DNA of 64,000 nucleotides from Winogradskyella sp. (GCF_013213975.1 NZ_JABSST010000002.1:3758-67757), one strand, 5' to 3'; numbered from the stretch's first letter, positions 36,036 through 46,736 are shown. A program made the numbers and translations. The notes: a model not told the origin generated them from the letters alone.

Positions 36036-38951
36036 ATGAAAACATTCTTAAGTGCTTTAGTGTTCTGTTTAATGCTAGTACCCACAAGTTTGATGGCACA
36101 ATCAACCGTCAACGGTAATGTCACCGATAAAGTAAACGCAATGCCTTTACCAGGGGTTAACGTTCTGGTTAAGGGAACTTCTAGGGGAACATCCACCGAT
36201 TTTGATGGTAAGTATTCTATAGACGTTAACCAAGGGGAAATTATCGTTATTTCCTATGTTGGTTATAAAACACAAGAAATAATGTACACGGGGCAATCAT
36301 CTGTTGATGTAGCCTTAGAAGAGGATGCAGCGCAACTCGATGAAGTGGTTCTTATTGGTTATGGATCTACAACAAAACAAGATGCCACTGGTGCAGTTGA
36401 GAAAGTTGGGGATGAAGACTTTAACCGTGGAGCGATTGTAGCACCTCAACAACTAATTGCAGGTAAAGCTGCTGGTGTGAGAATAACCTCGGGTGGAGGT
36501 GCAGCTGGTGAAGGTGGTGAAATTAGAATTCGTGGTGGTGCATCATTAGGTTCAAATTTTGGTGCTACAAATGATCCTCTTATTGTAATTGACGGCTTAC
36601 CAATAGACCAACGAGGGGGTGCTCAAGGAAGTAGAAATGCATTAAATGCCATTAACCCAGCCGATATTGAAGACTTTGTTGTATTAAAAGATGCTTCTGC
36701 AACTGCCATTTATGGTTCCAGAGCATCGAATGGTGTTATATTAATTACTACTAAAAAGGGAAGTGCAAATCAGCCTTTAAAAATTGAGTATGGTGTACAA
36801 TTTTCCACGCGAAAAGTAACAAATACAGTAGACGTGCTTAATGCGACACAATACCAACAAATTGTAGAAAATAATGCTGGTGATATTACCAGTTTTGGTG
36901 AGGCTAATACCAATTGGCAAGACCGAATCTATTCAACAGGTACTGGTGCGATCCATAATCTAACGGTATCTAAAGGTTACGAACGTTTTAACTTTAGAGT
37001 TAATTTTAACCATGCATCCCAAGAAGGGCCATTAAACGATTTGTACGAAAGAACAGGTATTAACACCTCCTTTGTTCATCGTTTTCTAGATAACGATTTA
37101 AAATTAACATTAGTAGCTAAAGCTATCAAAGACGAGTTTGATTATGCAAATGAAGGTTCTATTGGTGCTGCTGTAGCATTTGACCCAACGCAAGCTGTCT
37201 TCGATGAGAATGGCAACTACACTCAATACGGTAATGGTGCAAATCTAGCTCCTGCGAACCCGTTATGGTTATTGGATGACAACAACTATAATAATAGACA
37301 ATCTATAAAGCGAATTATTTCTAATTTTAACATTGATTATAAGTTTTGGTTCTTAAAAGATCTGCGTTTTAACTTAAATGCAGGTATTGATTATGCAGAG
37401 AATGATGGTTACAAATTTGAAGGAGCCAATCCTAATGATTCAAATGCAGTTGCTTTAAATGAGGTATCTAGTGGTTTAAACAGAAATACATCTTTAGATT
37501 TTTATTTCAACTACAAGAAGAATGTTGAGTCAATAAATACTTTGGTTGATATCACTGCTGGTCATGCCTTCCAGGAGTTTTATATTAAGAGCTTTGTAGA
37601 TAGAGTAGCTGCTACAACACTGACTGACACAGATATTAACAGAAATGCTTTAGAATCTTATTTTGCCAGAGCTAGCTTTGATATTGCAGATAAGTATTTA
37701 ATTTCTGCAAGTTTTAGACGGGATGGTTCTTCAAGATTTAGTGAAGATAATCGCTGGGGATCTTTCCCAGGAGTATCAGTAGGTTGGAAACTAATGAATG
37801 AAAACTTTATGGAAAACTCATTCTTTTCTAATCTTAAATTAAGAGCTGGTTGGGGTGTTACTGGTCAACAAGAAATTGGTAGAAATTATGGCTATTTAGG
37901 TATCTATACACCTTCAAGAAATAACGCTGCTAATGTTCAGTTTGGAACCTTACCAAATGGCGATCCTATTTTTTTCCAAACATTAAGACCTGAAGGATTC
38001 GATGAAGAATTGAAATGGGAAGAAACAACACAATATAATGTTGCAATTGATTTTGGTTTCTTCAATAACAGACTCACAGGTACGTTAGATGCTTATTACA
38101 GAGAAACTGAAGATTTGCTATCTAGAGTTCCTGTTCCTGCTGGAGCAAACTTAACCGACCTCTTAATTACTAATGTTGGTGAAGCTACCAGTAGAGGTTT
38201 AGAGTTTAGCTTAAATGGTGTTATTGCTAAAAAAGAAAATTTTGGTTGGGATACAAACTTTAACCTTACATTTCAAGATGTTGAGATTACCAAGTTGAGT
38301 TTAAGTGATGACCCTGATTTCACTTTACCAACAGGAGGAATTTCTGGTGGTGTTGGAAATAATATTCAAATCTTAAGACCTGGTTACGATCCAACTACAT
38401 TCTTCGTCTTTAGGCAAGTTTATGATGATAATGGTAATCCAATTGCTGGTGCTTATGTAGATGTTAATGGCGACAACCAAATTACTGAGGCTGACCGACA
38501 AGCTTACAAAAAAGCAACCCCAGACGCCTTTTTCGGATTTACAAATAATTTCAGATACAGAAATTTTGACTTAAATTTTACCTTTAGAGGAAGTTTTGGA
38601 AATTATGTTTACAATAACGTTGCTTCTGATCGTGGAAATGCTAATGCCGTTGTAAACCAGCCAGGCTATCAAGCTAATGCACATGCGAGCATTTTAAATA
38701 CTGGATTTATCAATCAAGAATTATTCTCCGATTTATACATCCAACGTGCAGATTTTGTAAGATTAGATAATATCTCTCTAGGATATACAATTCCATTCTC
38801 AAAAATGAATTTGAGAGCATCACTAACGGCTACTAATTTATTTGTAATTACAGAATATGATGGTTTAGACCCAGAGATTGGTAATGGAATTGAGAATAAT
38901 TTCTATCCAAGAACAAGAGATGTTGTTCTTGGGCTAAACTTCACATTTTAA
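36036..38951 (+). CDS. susC: SusC-like TonB-dependent transporter
   Basis: CarboxypepD_reg N-domain, LDEVVLIGYG, plug KDASATAIYGSRASNGVILITTK, terminal LGLNFTF. Confidence 0.95.
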   Translation: MKTFLSALVFCLMLVPTSLMAQSTVNGNVTDKVNAMPLPGVNVLVKGTSRGTSTDFDGKYSIDVNQGEIIVISYVGYKTQEIMYTGQSSVDVALEEDAAQLDEVVLIGYGSTTKQDATGAVEKVGDEDFNRGAIVAPQQLIAGKAAGVRITSGGGAAGEGGEIRIRGGASLGSNFGATNDPLIVIDGLPIDQRGGAQGSRNALNAINPADIEDFVVLKDASATAIYGSRASNGVILITTKKGSANQPLKIEYGVQFSTRKVTNTVDVLNATQYQQIVENNAGDITSFGEANTNWQDRIYSTGTGAIHNLTVSKGYERFNFRVNFNHASQEGPLNDLYERTGINTSFVHRFLDNDLKLTLVAKAIKDEFDYANEGSIGAAVAFDPTQAVFDENGNYTQYGNGANLAPANPLWLLDDNNYNNRQSIKRIISNFNIDYKFWFLKDLRFNLNAGIDYAENDGYKFEGANPNDSNAVALNEVSSGLNRNTSLDFYFNYKKNVESINTLVDITAGHAFQEFYIKSFVDRVAATTLTDTDINRNALESYFARASFDIADKYLISASFRRDGSSRFSEDNRWGSFPGVSVGWKLMNENFMENSFFSNLKLRAGWGVTGQQEIGRNYGYLGIYTPSRNNAANVQFGTLPNGDPIFFQTLRPEGFDEELKWEETTQYNVAIDFGFFNNRLTGTLDAYYRETEDLLSRVPVPAGANLTDLLITNVGEATSRGLEFSLNGVIAKKENFGWDTNFNLTFQDVEITKLSLSDDPDFTLPTGGISGGVGNNIQILRPGYDPTTFFVFRQVYDDNGNPIAGAYVDVNGDNQITEADRQAYKKATPDAFFGFTNNFRYRNFDLNFTFRGSFGNYVYNNVASDRGNANAVVNQPGYQANAHASILNTGFINQELFSDLYIQRADFVRLDNISLGYTIPFSKMNLRASLTATNLFVITEYDGLDPEIGNGIENNFYPRTRDVVLGLNFTF

Positions 38952-38956
38952 AAAAA

Positions 38957-40588
38957 ATGAAAACTAAATATATAAACAACAAAGCTATGATGTTAAGAAC
39001 TTTTAAAAATCTATTCACGGTCTTAGCTATTGTACTAATTGTGCAATCTTGTGAGGACCGTCTAGATTTGCAGCCAGAAGACGAGCGTCTTACTGCTGAT
39101 GCTGCGTTTGAAGATCCAGAAGCTTATAAAGAGTTCCTAGGGAAAATTTATGCTGGGATTTCTTTAAGTGGCCAAGAGGGCCCTGCCGGAGCACCGGACT
39201 TAGAAGGCTTAGATGAAGGATTTTCCAATTACTTAAGATTGTATTGGAAAATGCAAGAACTTACAACAGATGAAGCTCTAATTGCTTGGAATGACGGAAC
39301 GATTCAAGATTTACATGGTCAAGTTTGGACCTCAGGTAATGAGTTCATAAGAACCATGTATAGTCGCTTATTATACCAAGTAGCACTGTGCAATGAATTT
39401 TTACGTCAAACAACAGAGGGTAAATTAGACAGTCGTGGTGTAAGTGCAGACTTAAGAGCGGAGATTCAAACCTTCAGAGCTGAGGCTCGTTTTATGCGTG
39501 CTTTGACTTATTGGCACGCTATGGATTTATTTGCAAATCCACCTTTTGTAACAGAAAATGATCCAATTGGTGCATTTTTACCACCTCAGATTCAGAGGGC
39601 AGATTTATTTACATATGTTGAGTCAGAATTATTAGAAATTCTTGACGATATGGCTGCACCTCGTGCAAATGAATATGGTCGTGCAGACCGAGGGGCTGCT
39701 TGGATGCTATTAGCAAAAATCTATCTCAATGCTGAAATTTATACAGGTACATCTCGCTATACCGATGTGATTACCTATACAAATAATATCATTGGTGCTG
39801 GATATTCTATTCCAAATATCCCTTATTTCCATTCATTCTTAGCAGATAATGATTCTAATGGTGCACAAGACGAAGTTATTTTTACAATACCTTTTGATGG
39901 ACTAAGAACACAAGCCTTTGGTGGCATGACATTTTTAACTCATGCGCCAGTTGGTGGATCAATGGAACCATCAGATTTTGGAATTAATGGTGGATGGTTT
40001 GGAATAAGAACAACTCCTACATTTGTAGAGCAATTCCCTGATGAAGAAAATTCAGCTGATGGTAGAGAATTATTATATACTGACGGTCAAAATAAAGACA
40101 TTTTGTCGGTAGCGACTTTCACAGACGGTTATGCTGTTGCAAAATACAGAAACGTAGATGTTAATGGTAATCCTGGATCTGATGCTACTGGAAATCATAC
40201 TGACATAGATTTTCCAATGTTTAGACTTGCAGATGCTTACCTCATGTATGCCGAAGCCGTTCTAAGAGGTGGTGGTGGTTCTACGAATACAGCAACTGGA
40301 TATATTAACCAATTAAGAGAACGTGCATACGGCGATACTAGTGGAAATATTTCAGAAGGAGATTTAACATTAGACTTTATCATTGACGAACGTTCAAGAG
40401 AATTATACTGGGAAGCACACAGAAGAACCGACTTAATTAGATTTGACCAGTTCTCTGACAACGGTGTTTGGCAATGGAAGGGTGGAGTTCAATCCGGAAC
40501 TACAACAGATTCGTTTAGAGATTTGATGCCACTTCCTGCTACCGATTTAGGAATCAACACTAACTTAGAACAAAACCCAGGATACTAA
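38957..40588 (+). CDS. susD: SusD/RagB starch-binding lipoprotein
   Basis: Lipobox VQSC; EARFMRAL, FRLADAYLMYAEA, ERSRELYWEAHRRTDLIRF, EQNPGY. Confidence 0.95.
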   Translation: MKTKYINNKAMMLRTFKNLFTVLAIVLIVQSCEDRLDLQPEDERLTADAAFEDPEAYKEFLGKIYAGISLSGQEGPAGAPDLEGLDEGFSNYLRLYWKMQELTTDEALIAWNDGTIQDLHGQVWTSGNEFIRTMYSRLLYQVALCNEFLRQTTEGKLDSRGVSADLRAEIQTFRAEARFMRALTYWHAMDLFANPPFVTENDPIGAFLPPQIQRADLFTYVESELLEILDDMAAPRANEYGRADRGAAWMLLAKIYLNAEIYTGTSRYTDVITYTNNIIGAGYSIPNIPYFHSFLADNDSNGAQDEVIFTIPFDGLRTQAFGGMTFLTHAPVGGSMEPSDFGINGGWFGIRTTPTFVEQFPDEENSADGRELLYTDGQNKDILSVATFTDGYAVAKYRNVDVNGNPGSDATGNHTDIDFPMFRLADAYLMYAEAVLRGGGGSTNTATGYINQLRERAYGDTSGNISEGDLTLDFIIDERSRELYWEAHRRTDLIRFDQFSDNGVWQWKGGVQSGTTTDSFRDLMPLPATDLGINTNLEQNPGY

Positions 40589-40611
40589 TGCAATTAACAC
40601 TTAATATAATT

Positions 40612-41952
40612 ATGAAAAAAATATCAATATTAGGCCTTTTCATCTTTGCCTTAATAAACATAAACAGTTGTGAAACAGAAGATGAATTTCTGTTCACAAC
40701 TCAAGACCCGGCCGGATTTGTGTTTACAAATTCTGTTCAGAGTAACTACGTATTGTCAAATGCAACTTCAAGTAATTTAGGAGAACGATTTACTTGGGGC
40801 AACGCAGATTTCGGTTCACCAACAAATATTACATATGAATTACAAAGCTCAATAACTGGTGATTTTACGGATGCAACTGTTCTAGACACTTCAATTGCTA
40901 ATGAAATTGCAATGACTATAGGTCAAATGATGTCCATTGCATCTGAAGCAGGATTGGATGATGACCCCGATTCTCCAGCACCTAATACAGGGGCTTTCTC
41001 AGTTAGGTTAAGAGCGTACCCAGGGGATACTGGTAATGGCACTGAAGCTTTTTCAGATGTATTAATTCTAAACGTAGAATTATTAGAAAGTACAGATTCA
41101 GGACCTGTAGGACCTATGATTGCAGAAGTTGGTATCGTTGGGTCTGGTTACAATAACTGGGGGGCGTATGCTGATGGGTTTTTCTATACAACTGGTATGT
41201 CTGATGTTTACGTATCTTATGTAACATTAGTAGACGGTGAAATTAAATTCAGATTAAATAATGATTGGGGAACAAACTGGGGAGGCTCAGGAGGTAACTT
41301 AGTACAGGATGGAGATAATATTGCTGTGACTGCAGGTGATTATAAAATTACTGTCGATTTAGCAAACTTAACTTACACTCTAGAGCCTTACTCTTGGGGT
41401 GTTGTTGGATCTGCTTGGAACGATTGGGGATCAGCTGGGCCAGACGGTAAGTTTTATTATGACTACACAACAGATACTTTCAAAAAAGGTATCCGTTTAA
41501 TGGATGGTGAAATGAAAGTACGCTTCAACAATGACTGGGGCTTAAATTATGGAGATACTGGTGCAGATGGTACTTTAGATCAAGATGGAGATAATATTGC
41601 AGTTACTGCAGGACATTACTTAATCACGATAGATTTAAATGCTGGTACCGTTACAGTAGATAACACTGCCAGTATACTTGGAATTGTAGGTTCAGGATTT
41701 AATGATTGGGGAGGAGCTGGAGACGACTTTGCTTTAACTGAAATTCAAGAAGGTGTATTCTATGGAGATCTTGTGACCTTATTGGATGGTGAAATTAAAT
41801 TCAGAGCTAATAACGATTGGGGATTAAACTATGGAGATACTGGTGCTGATGGCACAATTGATCAAGATGGAGATAACATTCCATCTGCTGCTGGACCTGC
41901 AAGAGTTTGGCTAAACACAAATACCGGAGAATATTCAGTATTACAGTTTTAA
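40612..41952 (+). CDS. SusE/SusF-like surface starch-binding lipoprotein with three tandem CBM repeats
   Basis: Lipobox INSC after ATG 40612; SusE N-domain; three copies of GxVGS..N.WG...DGE.K.R.NNDWG.N.G...QDGDNI. Confidence 0.85.
   Translation: MKKISILGLFIFALININSCETEDEFLFTTQDPAGFVFTNSVQSNYVLSNATSSNLGERFTWGNADFGSPTNITYELQSSITGDFTDATVLDTSIANEIAMTIGQMMSIASEAGLDDDPDSPAPNTGAFSVRLRAYPGDTGNGTEAFSDVLILNVELLESTDSGPVGPMIAEVGIVGSGYNNWGAYADGFFYTTGMSDVYVSYVTLVDGEIKFRLNNDWGTNWGGSGGNLVQDGDNIAVTAGDYKITVDLANLTYTLEPYSWGVVGSAWNDWGSAGPDGKFYYDYTTDTFKKGIRLMDGEMKVRFNNDWGLNYGDTGADGTLDQDGDNIAVTAGHYLITIDLNAGTVTVDNTASILGIVGSGFNDWGGAGDDFALTEIQEGVFYGDLVTLLDGEIKFRANNDWGLNYGDTGADGTIDQDGDNIPSAAGPARVWLNTNTGEYSVLQF
41125..41945 (+). 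repeat. Three intragenic ~90-aa SusE/F CBM repeats
   Basis: Near-identical DNA blocks, e.g. GGAGATACTGGTGC(A/T)GATGG...GATCAAGATGGAGATAA at ~41551 and ~41833. Confidence 0.8.
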
Positions 41953-41987
41953 AATTGACTCATAGTCCTAATGAGATAACTAATTAA

Positions 41988-42022
41988 AAAGGCATGTTTA
42001 ATTTTGGTATTGGCATGCCTTT
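41988..42022 (+). terminator. Stem-loop between susE and the secreted amylase (partial terminator or processing site)
   Basis: AAAGGCATG(41988-96)...CATGCCTTT(42014-22) followed by GTTTT. Confidence 0.5.
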
Positions 42023-42040
42023 GTTTTAAAAAATATTTAT

Positions 42041-44908
42041 ATGAAAAAGTATTACTTAACATTATTAACCATTGGTTTTTTTATTTTCTCTAATGCGCAA
42101 GTAACTATTTCCCCAGACCCATTTGAAGTTGATGAGAGTATTACAATAACTTTAGATACCAACAGCGGTGCGACAGACTGTAATGGTTTTAGCAATCCAA
42201 CAAAAATCTATATCCATTCTGGTGTTGGCACTTCTACTAACCCTTGGACTTATGTCACAGGAAATTGGGGACAAGATGATGGTATTGGAGAAATGACGAA
42301 TCAAGGTGGAGGTATTTGGTCTATAACCCTTACACCATTAACTCACTACAATCTAACTCCTACTCAAGCATCAAATATAGTAAGAATGGGTATGGTTTTC
42401 AGAAATGAAGATGGCTCTCAGGAATATAAAGCTAGTGGTTGTTCAGATTTCTTTTTTGACGTTGGCTCATTTCAAATTAGTCTTTCAACACCAACAGAGG
42501 ATACTACTATTATAACTTCTGGATCTAATTTTGATATTAATGCCACTAATATTGGAGGAAATGCGAGTTATTCCTTATCTGCAAATGGTACCATAATAGA
42601 TACGGATCCAAGTACAAGCAGCTATTCTTATACAGATACCAATATTACCAATAATACAACTTATGAGTTGACTGCCGAATTAGCTGGAACAATAATAACG
42701 AAAACGTTTAGCGTAATCGTTGATCCAGGAAGTATTGTTGAATTTATGACACAAGACTATGATGAAGGTATTAACTACATCGATGATAATACAGTTATTT
42801 TAGTACTTTATGCAACTGGAAAAGACTTTGTTTATGTTGCCGGAAGCTTCAATAATTACCAACCTGATCTAAGTTATGCAATGAAAAGAGATTTTTCTAG
42901 AAATCTCTTTTGGTTAGAGTTAACAGGTCTAACACCTGGGGAAATCGAAACATATGAATATTGGGTAGGTGACAAAACACCTCCTGCCAATTCACCCAAG
43001 ATAGTTAAAGTGGCTGACCCATACTCTACGCTAATATTATCATCATTTGATGATCCTTGGATTATTGATGCAACCTATCCAAATCTCCCTGATTTTCCAG
43101 AAAAAGCTGGAATGGAAGTGTCTGTACTTCAAACCGGACAGACCCCTTATGATTGGCAAGTAGACAACTTCACTAAACCTAAAAAAGAAGATCTAATTGT
43201 CTATGAAGTATTGGTAAGAGATTTTGATACTGACAGAAACTACCAAGATTTAATCGATAAAATTGACTATTTCAAAAATCTAAATATCAATGCTATTCAT
43301 TTGATGCCGATTATGGAATTTGAGGGTAATGAAAGCTGGGGTTACAACACATCCTACCATATGGCATTAGATAAGTTCTATGGAACTAAGGATAAGTTGA
43401 AAGAATTTATTGATTTATGTCATCAAAACGACATTGCTGTAATTTTAGATTTAGTATTAAATCATGCTTTTGGGCGTTCACCAATGGTACGCATGTGGAT
43501 GAGTGATGCAGACGGAAATGGGTTTGGTGACCCAACCTCCCAAAACCCATATTTTAATACGGCTCCAAGACATAGTTATAATGTTGGGTATGATTACAAC
43601 CACCAAGCACCAAGGGTACGAAATTATGTTAAGCGCGTCATTAGACAATGGATTGAAGAGTATAAAATCGATGGTTTCCGTTGGGATTTAACTAAAGGAT
43701 TTACTCAAAATTGTACGTCTAATGACGAAGGGTGTACAAATTCATATCAGCAAGATAGAGTTGATGTATTAAAAGAATATGCTGATTACTCTTGGTCATT
43801 AGATGACGATCACTACGTGATTTTTGAGCACTTAGGAACTGATAATGAAGAACAACAATGGGCAAACCATAGAATTGATGAAGGAAAAGGTATTATGCTT
43901 TGGGGTAAAATGACAGATCAGTATAATGAGCTAACCATGGGACAAAGCGGAAACAGAAATATTGATCGTATGGGTCATATTAGCCGTGGATTTAATGCAC
44001 CAAGATTAATGGGGTATCCTGAGAGTCATGACGAAGAACGCTTAATGTATAAAAATCTAGCATTTGGTAATACAAGTAATTCATCTCACAATGTTCGAAA
44101 TCTAAATGTTGCTTTATCTAGAATGTCTGCTTTAGCTGCAGTATCGGTAATGGTTCCAGGTCCAAAAATGATTTGGCACTTTGGAGATTTAGGAATGGAA
44201 AATTCCATTTTCACTTGTAGTAATGGTACTGTAAACTTACCAGGTGGTACAGATGGAGATTGTAAGCTAGACACAAAACCGCAACCGCAATGGGTAAATA
44301 ACTGGTTAAGTAATGCGATTAGAAGTGAAATTTATAATGATTGGTCTAAACTTCATAAGTTAAAAACTGATGAGCCTGTATTTGAAGGAGATTACGCGAT
44401 TACATCAGGTGATTTTACTCCAAGAATTGATGTTTTTAATAATTCTATTCCAGATACAGCATTAAAGAATGTTATTATTCTGGCAAATTTTGACGTTGTC
44501 TCACGAACTGTAAATACAAATTTCCCAGTTGGTGTAACCACAACATGGTACGATCTAATGGATCCAACAGGAAATACAACGGTTTCAAATGCGACCAGTA
44601 CAATTTCAATTCCTGCAGGTCAATTTAGAATCTTAGGTAATCAACCTTCGAACGTTTTAAGTATTAACGATGAAGCTTTGAATGGATTTACTATTTATCC
44701 AAATCCTTCACGTACAACTTTTAACATTAACGCTATAGTCTCTAATGTAGAAATATTTGACCTCTCTGGAAAGCTTGTCAAGTCTTTTAAAGGAGAGTTT
44801 AGCCAAACTGATAATTTCGATATTTCTAGCCTAAATACGGGTATGTATATTGTCAAGGCAGAAAATAATAGTAAACAAACAATGACAACTAAATTAATCA
44901 AGCTTTAA
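42041..44908 (+). CDS. Secreted GH13 alpha-amylase/pullulanase-like enzyme with a T9SS C-terminal sorting domain
   Basis: Signal peptide, N-terminal Ig/CBM-like modules, SWGYN, GFRWDLTKG, IFEH, ESHDE; CTD FTIYPNPS...TTKLIKL. Confidence 0.9.
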   Translation: MKKYYLTLLTIGFFIFSNAQVTISPDPFEVDESITITLDTNSGATDCNGFSNPTKIYIHSGVGTSTNPWTYVTGNWGQDDGIGEMTNQGGGIWSITLTPLTHYNLTPTQASNIVRMGMVFRNEDGSQEYKASGCSDFFFDVGSFQISLSTPTEDTTIITSGSNFDINATNIGGNASYSLSANGTIIDTDPSTSSYSYTDTNITNNTTYELTAELAGTIITKTFSVIVDPGSIVEFMTQDYDEGINYIDDNTVILVLYATGKDFVYVAGSFNNYQPDLSYAMKRDFSRNLFWLELTGLTPGEIETYEYWVGDKTPPANSPKIVKVADPYSTLILSSFDDPWIIDATYPNLPDFPEKAGMEVSVLQTGQTPYDWQVDNFTKPKKEDLIVYEVLVRDFDTDRNYQDLIDKIDYFKNLNINAIHLMPIMEFEGNESWGYNTSYHMALDKFYGTKDKLKEFIDLCHQNDIAVILDLVLNHAFGRSPMVRMWMSDADGNGFGDPTSQNPYFNTAPRHSYNVGYDYNHQAPRVRNYVKRVIRQWIEEYKIDGFRWDLTKGFTQNCTSNDEGCTNSYQQDRVDVLKEYADYSWSLDDDHYVIFEHLGTDNEEQQWANHRIDEGKGIMLWGKMTDQYNELTMGQSGNRNIDRMGHISRGFNAPRLMGYPESHDEERLMYKNLAFGNTSNSSHNVRNLNVALSRMSALAAVSVMVPGPKMIWHFGDLGMENSIFTCSNGTVNLPGGTDGDCKLDTKPQPQWVNNWLSNAIRSEIYNDWSKLHKLKTDEPVFEGDYAITSGDFTPRIDVFNNSIPDTALKNVIILANFDVVSRTVNTNFPVGVTTTWYDLMDPTGNTTVSNATSTISIPAGQFRILGNQPSNVLSINDEALNGFTIYPNPSRTTFNINAIVSNVEIFDLSGKLVKSFKGEFSQTDNFDISSLNTGMYIVKAENNSKQTMTTKLIKL

Positions 44909-44928
44909 TCATTGAGTGTTATTTGAGC

Positions 44929-44960
44929 AAAAGCGCTTCTTAAATAAGAAGCGCTTTTTT
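44929..44960. terminator. Bidirectional Rho-independent terminator
   Basis: AAAAGCGCTTCTT-AAAT-AAGAAGCGCTTTT between the convergent genes ending at 44908 and 44960. Confidence 0.9.
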
Positions 44961-46540
44961 TAGTTAAAACTTAAGGTATTTATATCACCACCTATATCAT
45001 GAGTAATAGTAAAACCAAAAGTTTTTAAGTTGGCCTGTAACTGAAGAGATTCTTTTCCGTTAATCCAAACCATGTCAATCTCCGATTCTGAATGATTATT
45101 AAACTTTAAATTACCATAAAAAGCTGACGATGTGTTTCTGACCTTTATAAGGTCCAGTTGTTTTAATACCACAGGATTCTTAAGACGATCCTCAACAGTT
45201 TTATATGATAAATTAGTTCGGTTTATTTCCTTATGGCCAGCCTTTCCTGCTGCATCTGCTGCCTTATAATCATTTTTGCCTGCAAAAATATCTAGATACC
45301 AAACCTGAGGAATACCTGGCATAAATAACTGAATGGCTCTTGCCAATAAAAACTTCTGATCGTTTTCGCCCAAGGCACTATAAAACGTGGCATTTACCTG
45401 ATAGTAAGAAATCTTTTTACCATCTGGACCATAAAGGTTCTTTACTCGGCCACCACGTTGTAATACAACATCCATGACATGCTCTATCTCCTTGTCTGAA
45501 AGCAATCCAGGATTATAATTACCATTAAAATTTTTCCCTTTTAAATCTAAAACTGGTATACCATCATGGCATCCTAACATATTAACCACCTTATGATCTT
45601 TAGCAATAATCTCTTGAGCCCATTGTAACAAAGCAGTACTCGATTTACTTTCAAGGGTATGAATTACTAAGCCAGGTAAAAAGAAATCGTAAATTTTAAA
45701 TCCTCTATCTGCGACCTTTTCATGAAGTGCTGAACCATATTCTGCATGAATTTCTGGTAACAACTGAAGCCCTTTCTCGTCCGCAATAGCTTTTATTCTT
45801 TCTAAATAATCCCAAGTTCCAGGTTCATTGAAAAAATTAGATTGCCCTATTTCTTTATGTAAATATGCAAACGCATCTAACCTTAATATCTTACAACCAT
45901 AGGATTTTAATTTGGATAGGGTATCTTCATAGAATTCCCAAACCAATGGAGAATTAGCATTAACATCCATCTGACCTAAATAACTCCCTTTTTCTAAATC
46001 TACTTCTTGATAAAAGGTATTCCAATAGGGTTGTTCTTCACCATCTGGAAATCTCACATTGAGAATTGGAAGACCTGCTTTTCTCATAAATAATTTTTCC
46101 AAAAAATATTTCTTTGGAATCACAATACCTTCCTCATTCTTTGATCCATGACCATCCCAGAATGTATTCCAATTAATAAAGAAATCTTTATACTTAGAGT
46201 TCTGCCCTTTTGCTAATAGATCTTTAAATTGAGGTGAAGCAACTGACAAATGGTTAAGAACAATGTCGAATTTTAATTTAATATTGAGCGCATCCAAGGC
46301 CACTAAATCAGATTCAGATACTAAATCTTCATTAAGATTATAGTCTATGATTGAAAATCCTCTATCCAAATCACTATTAAAACACGTTGGTAGAATATAA
46401 AAGAGTGAAAATGCATTTTTAAACTCTGGTAAGCTGAGCATTTTTATTATATCCCCTAAGTTATCGCCAATACTATCTGGGTAAGCATTTAGCATTACAC
46501 CGTTAAATAATTCGTGATTTACATTTTTTATATTTTGCAT
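44960..46540 (-). CDS. GH13_18 sucrose-phosphorylase-family glycoside phosphorylase (specificity uncertain)
   Basis: MLNAYPDSIG, DRGFS, DIVLNH, LRLDAFAY, LLPEIHAE, GCHDGIP, loop-A KISYYQVN, PGIPQVWY, HKEINR. Confidence 0.85.
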   Translation of the reverse strand: MQNIKNVNHELFNGVMLNAYPDSIGDNLGDIIKMLSLPEFKNAFSLFYILPTCFNSDLDRGFSIIDYNLNEDLVSESDLVALDALNIKLKFDIVLNHLSVASPQFKDLLAKGQNSKYKDFFINWNTFWDGHGSKNEEGIVIPKKYFLEKLFMRKAGLPILNVRFPDGEEQPYWNTFYQEVDLEKGSYLGQMDVNANSPLVWEFYEDTLSKLKSYGCKILRLDAFAYLHKEIGQSNFFNEPGTWDYLERIKAIADEKGLQLLPEIHAEYGSALHEKVADRGFKIYDFFLPGLVIHTLESKSSTALLQWAQEIIAKDHKVVNMLGCHDGIPVLDLKGKNFNGNYNPGLLSDKEIEHVMDVVLQRGGRVKNLYGPDGKKISYYQVNATFYSALGENDQKFLLARAIQLFMPGIPQVWYLDIFAGKNDYKAADAAGKAGHKEINRTNLSYKTVEDRLKNPVVLKQLDLIKVRNTSSAFYGNLKFNNHSESEIDMVWINGKESLQLQANLKTFGFTITHDIGGDINTLSFN

Positions 46541-46633
46541 AGGACGTTTTACTTTGAGCTATTTTCTTTAGATAAATGTACAATGCCAGTTTTAATTTAT
46601 GATTATACACATTTAAATCATATTGCCAAATTA

Positions 46634-46651
46634 TTCGAAAACGTTTTCGAA
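46634..46651. promoter_or_regulatory. LacI operator 2
   Basis: Perfect 18-bp palindrome TTCGAAAACGTTTTCGAA; its 14-bp core is identical to operator 1. Confidence 0.85.
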
Positions 46652-46736
46652 CACTATTATACAATTCAATCATCAGAAATTAAGCTTCCCTTGATAGGAT
46701 TTTCATATATTGGTAAAACTAACTAACTTCTAATTT

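Noticed and set aside
41125-41945. Repeated DNA blocks resembling an array
   Set aside because: They are in-frame protein-domain repeats of the SusE/F CBMs, not CRISPR repeats; there are no unique spacers and no cas genes.
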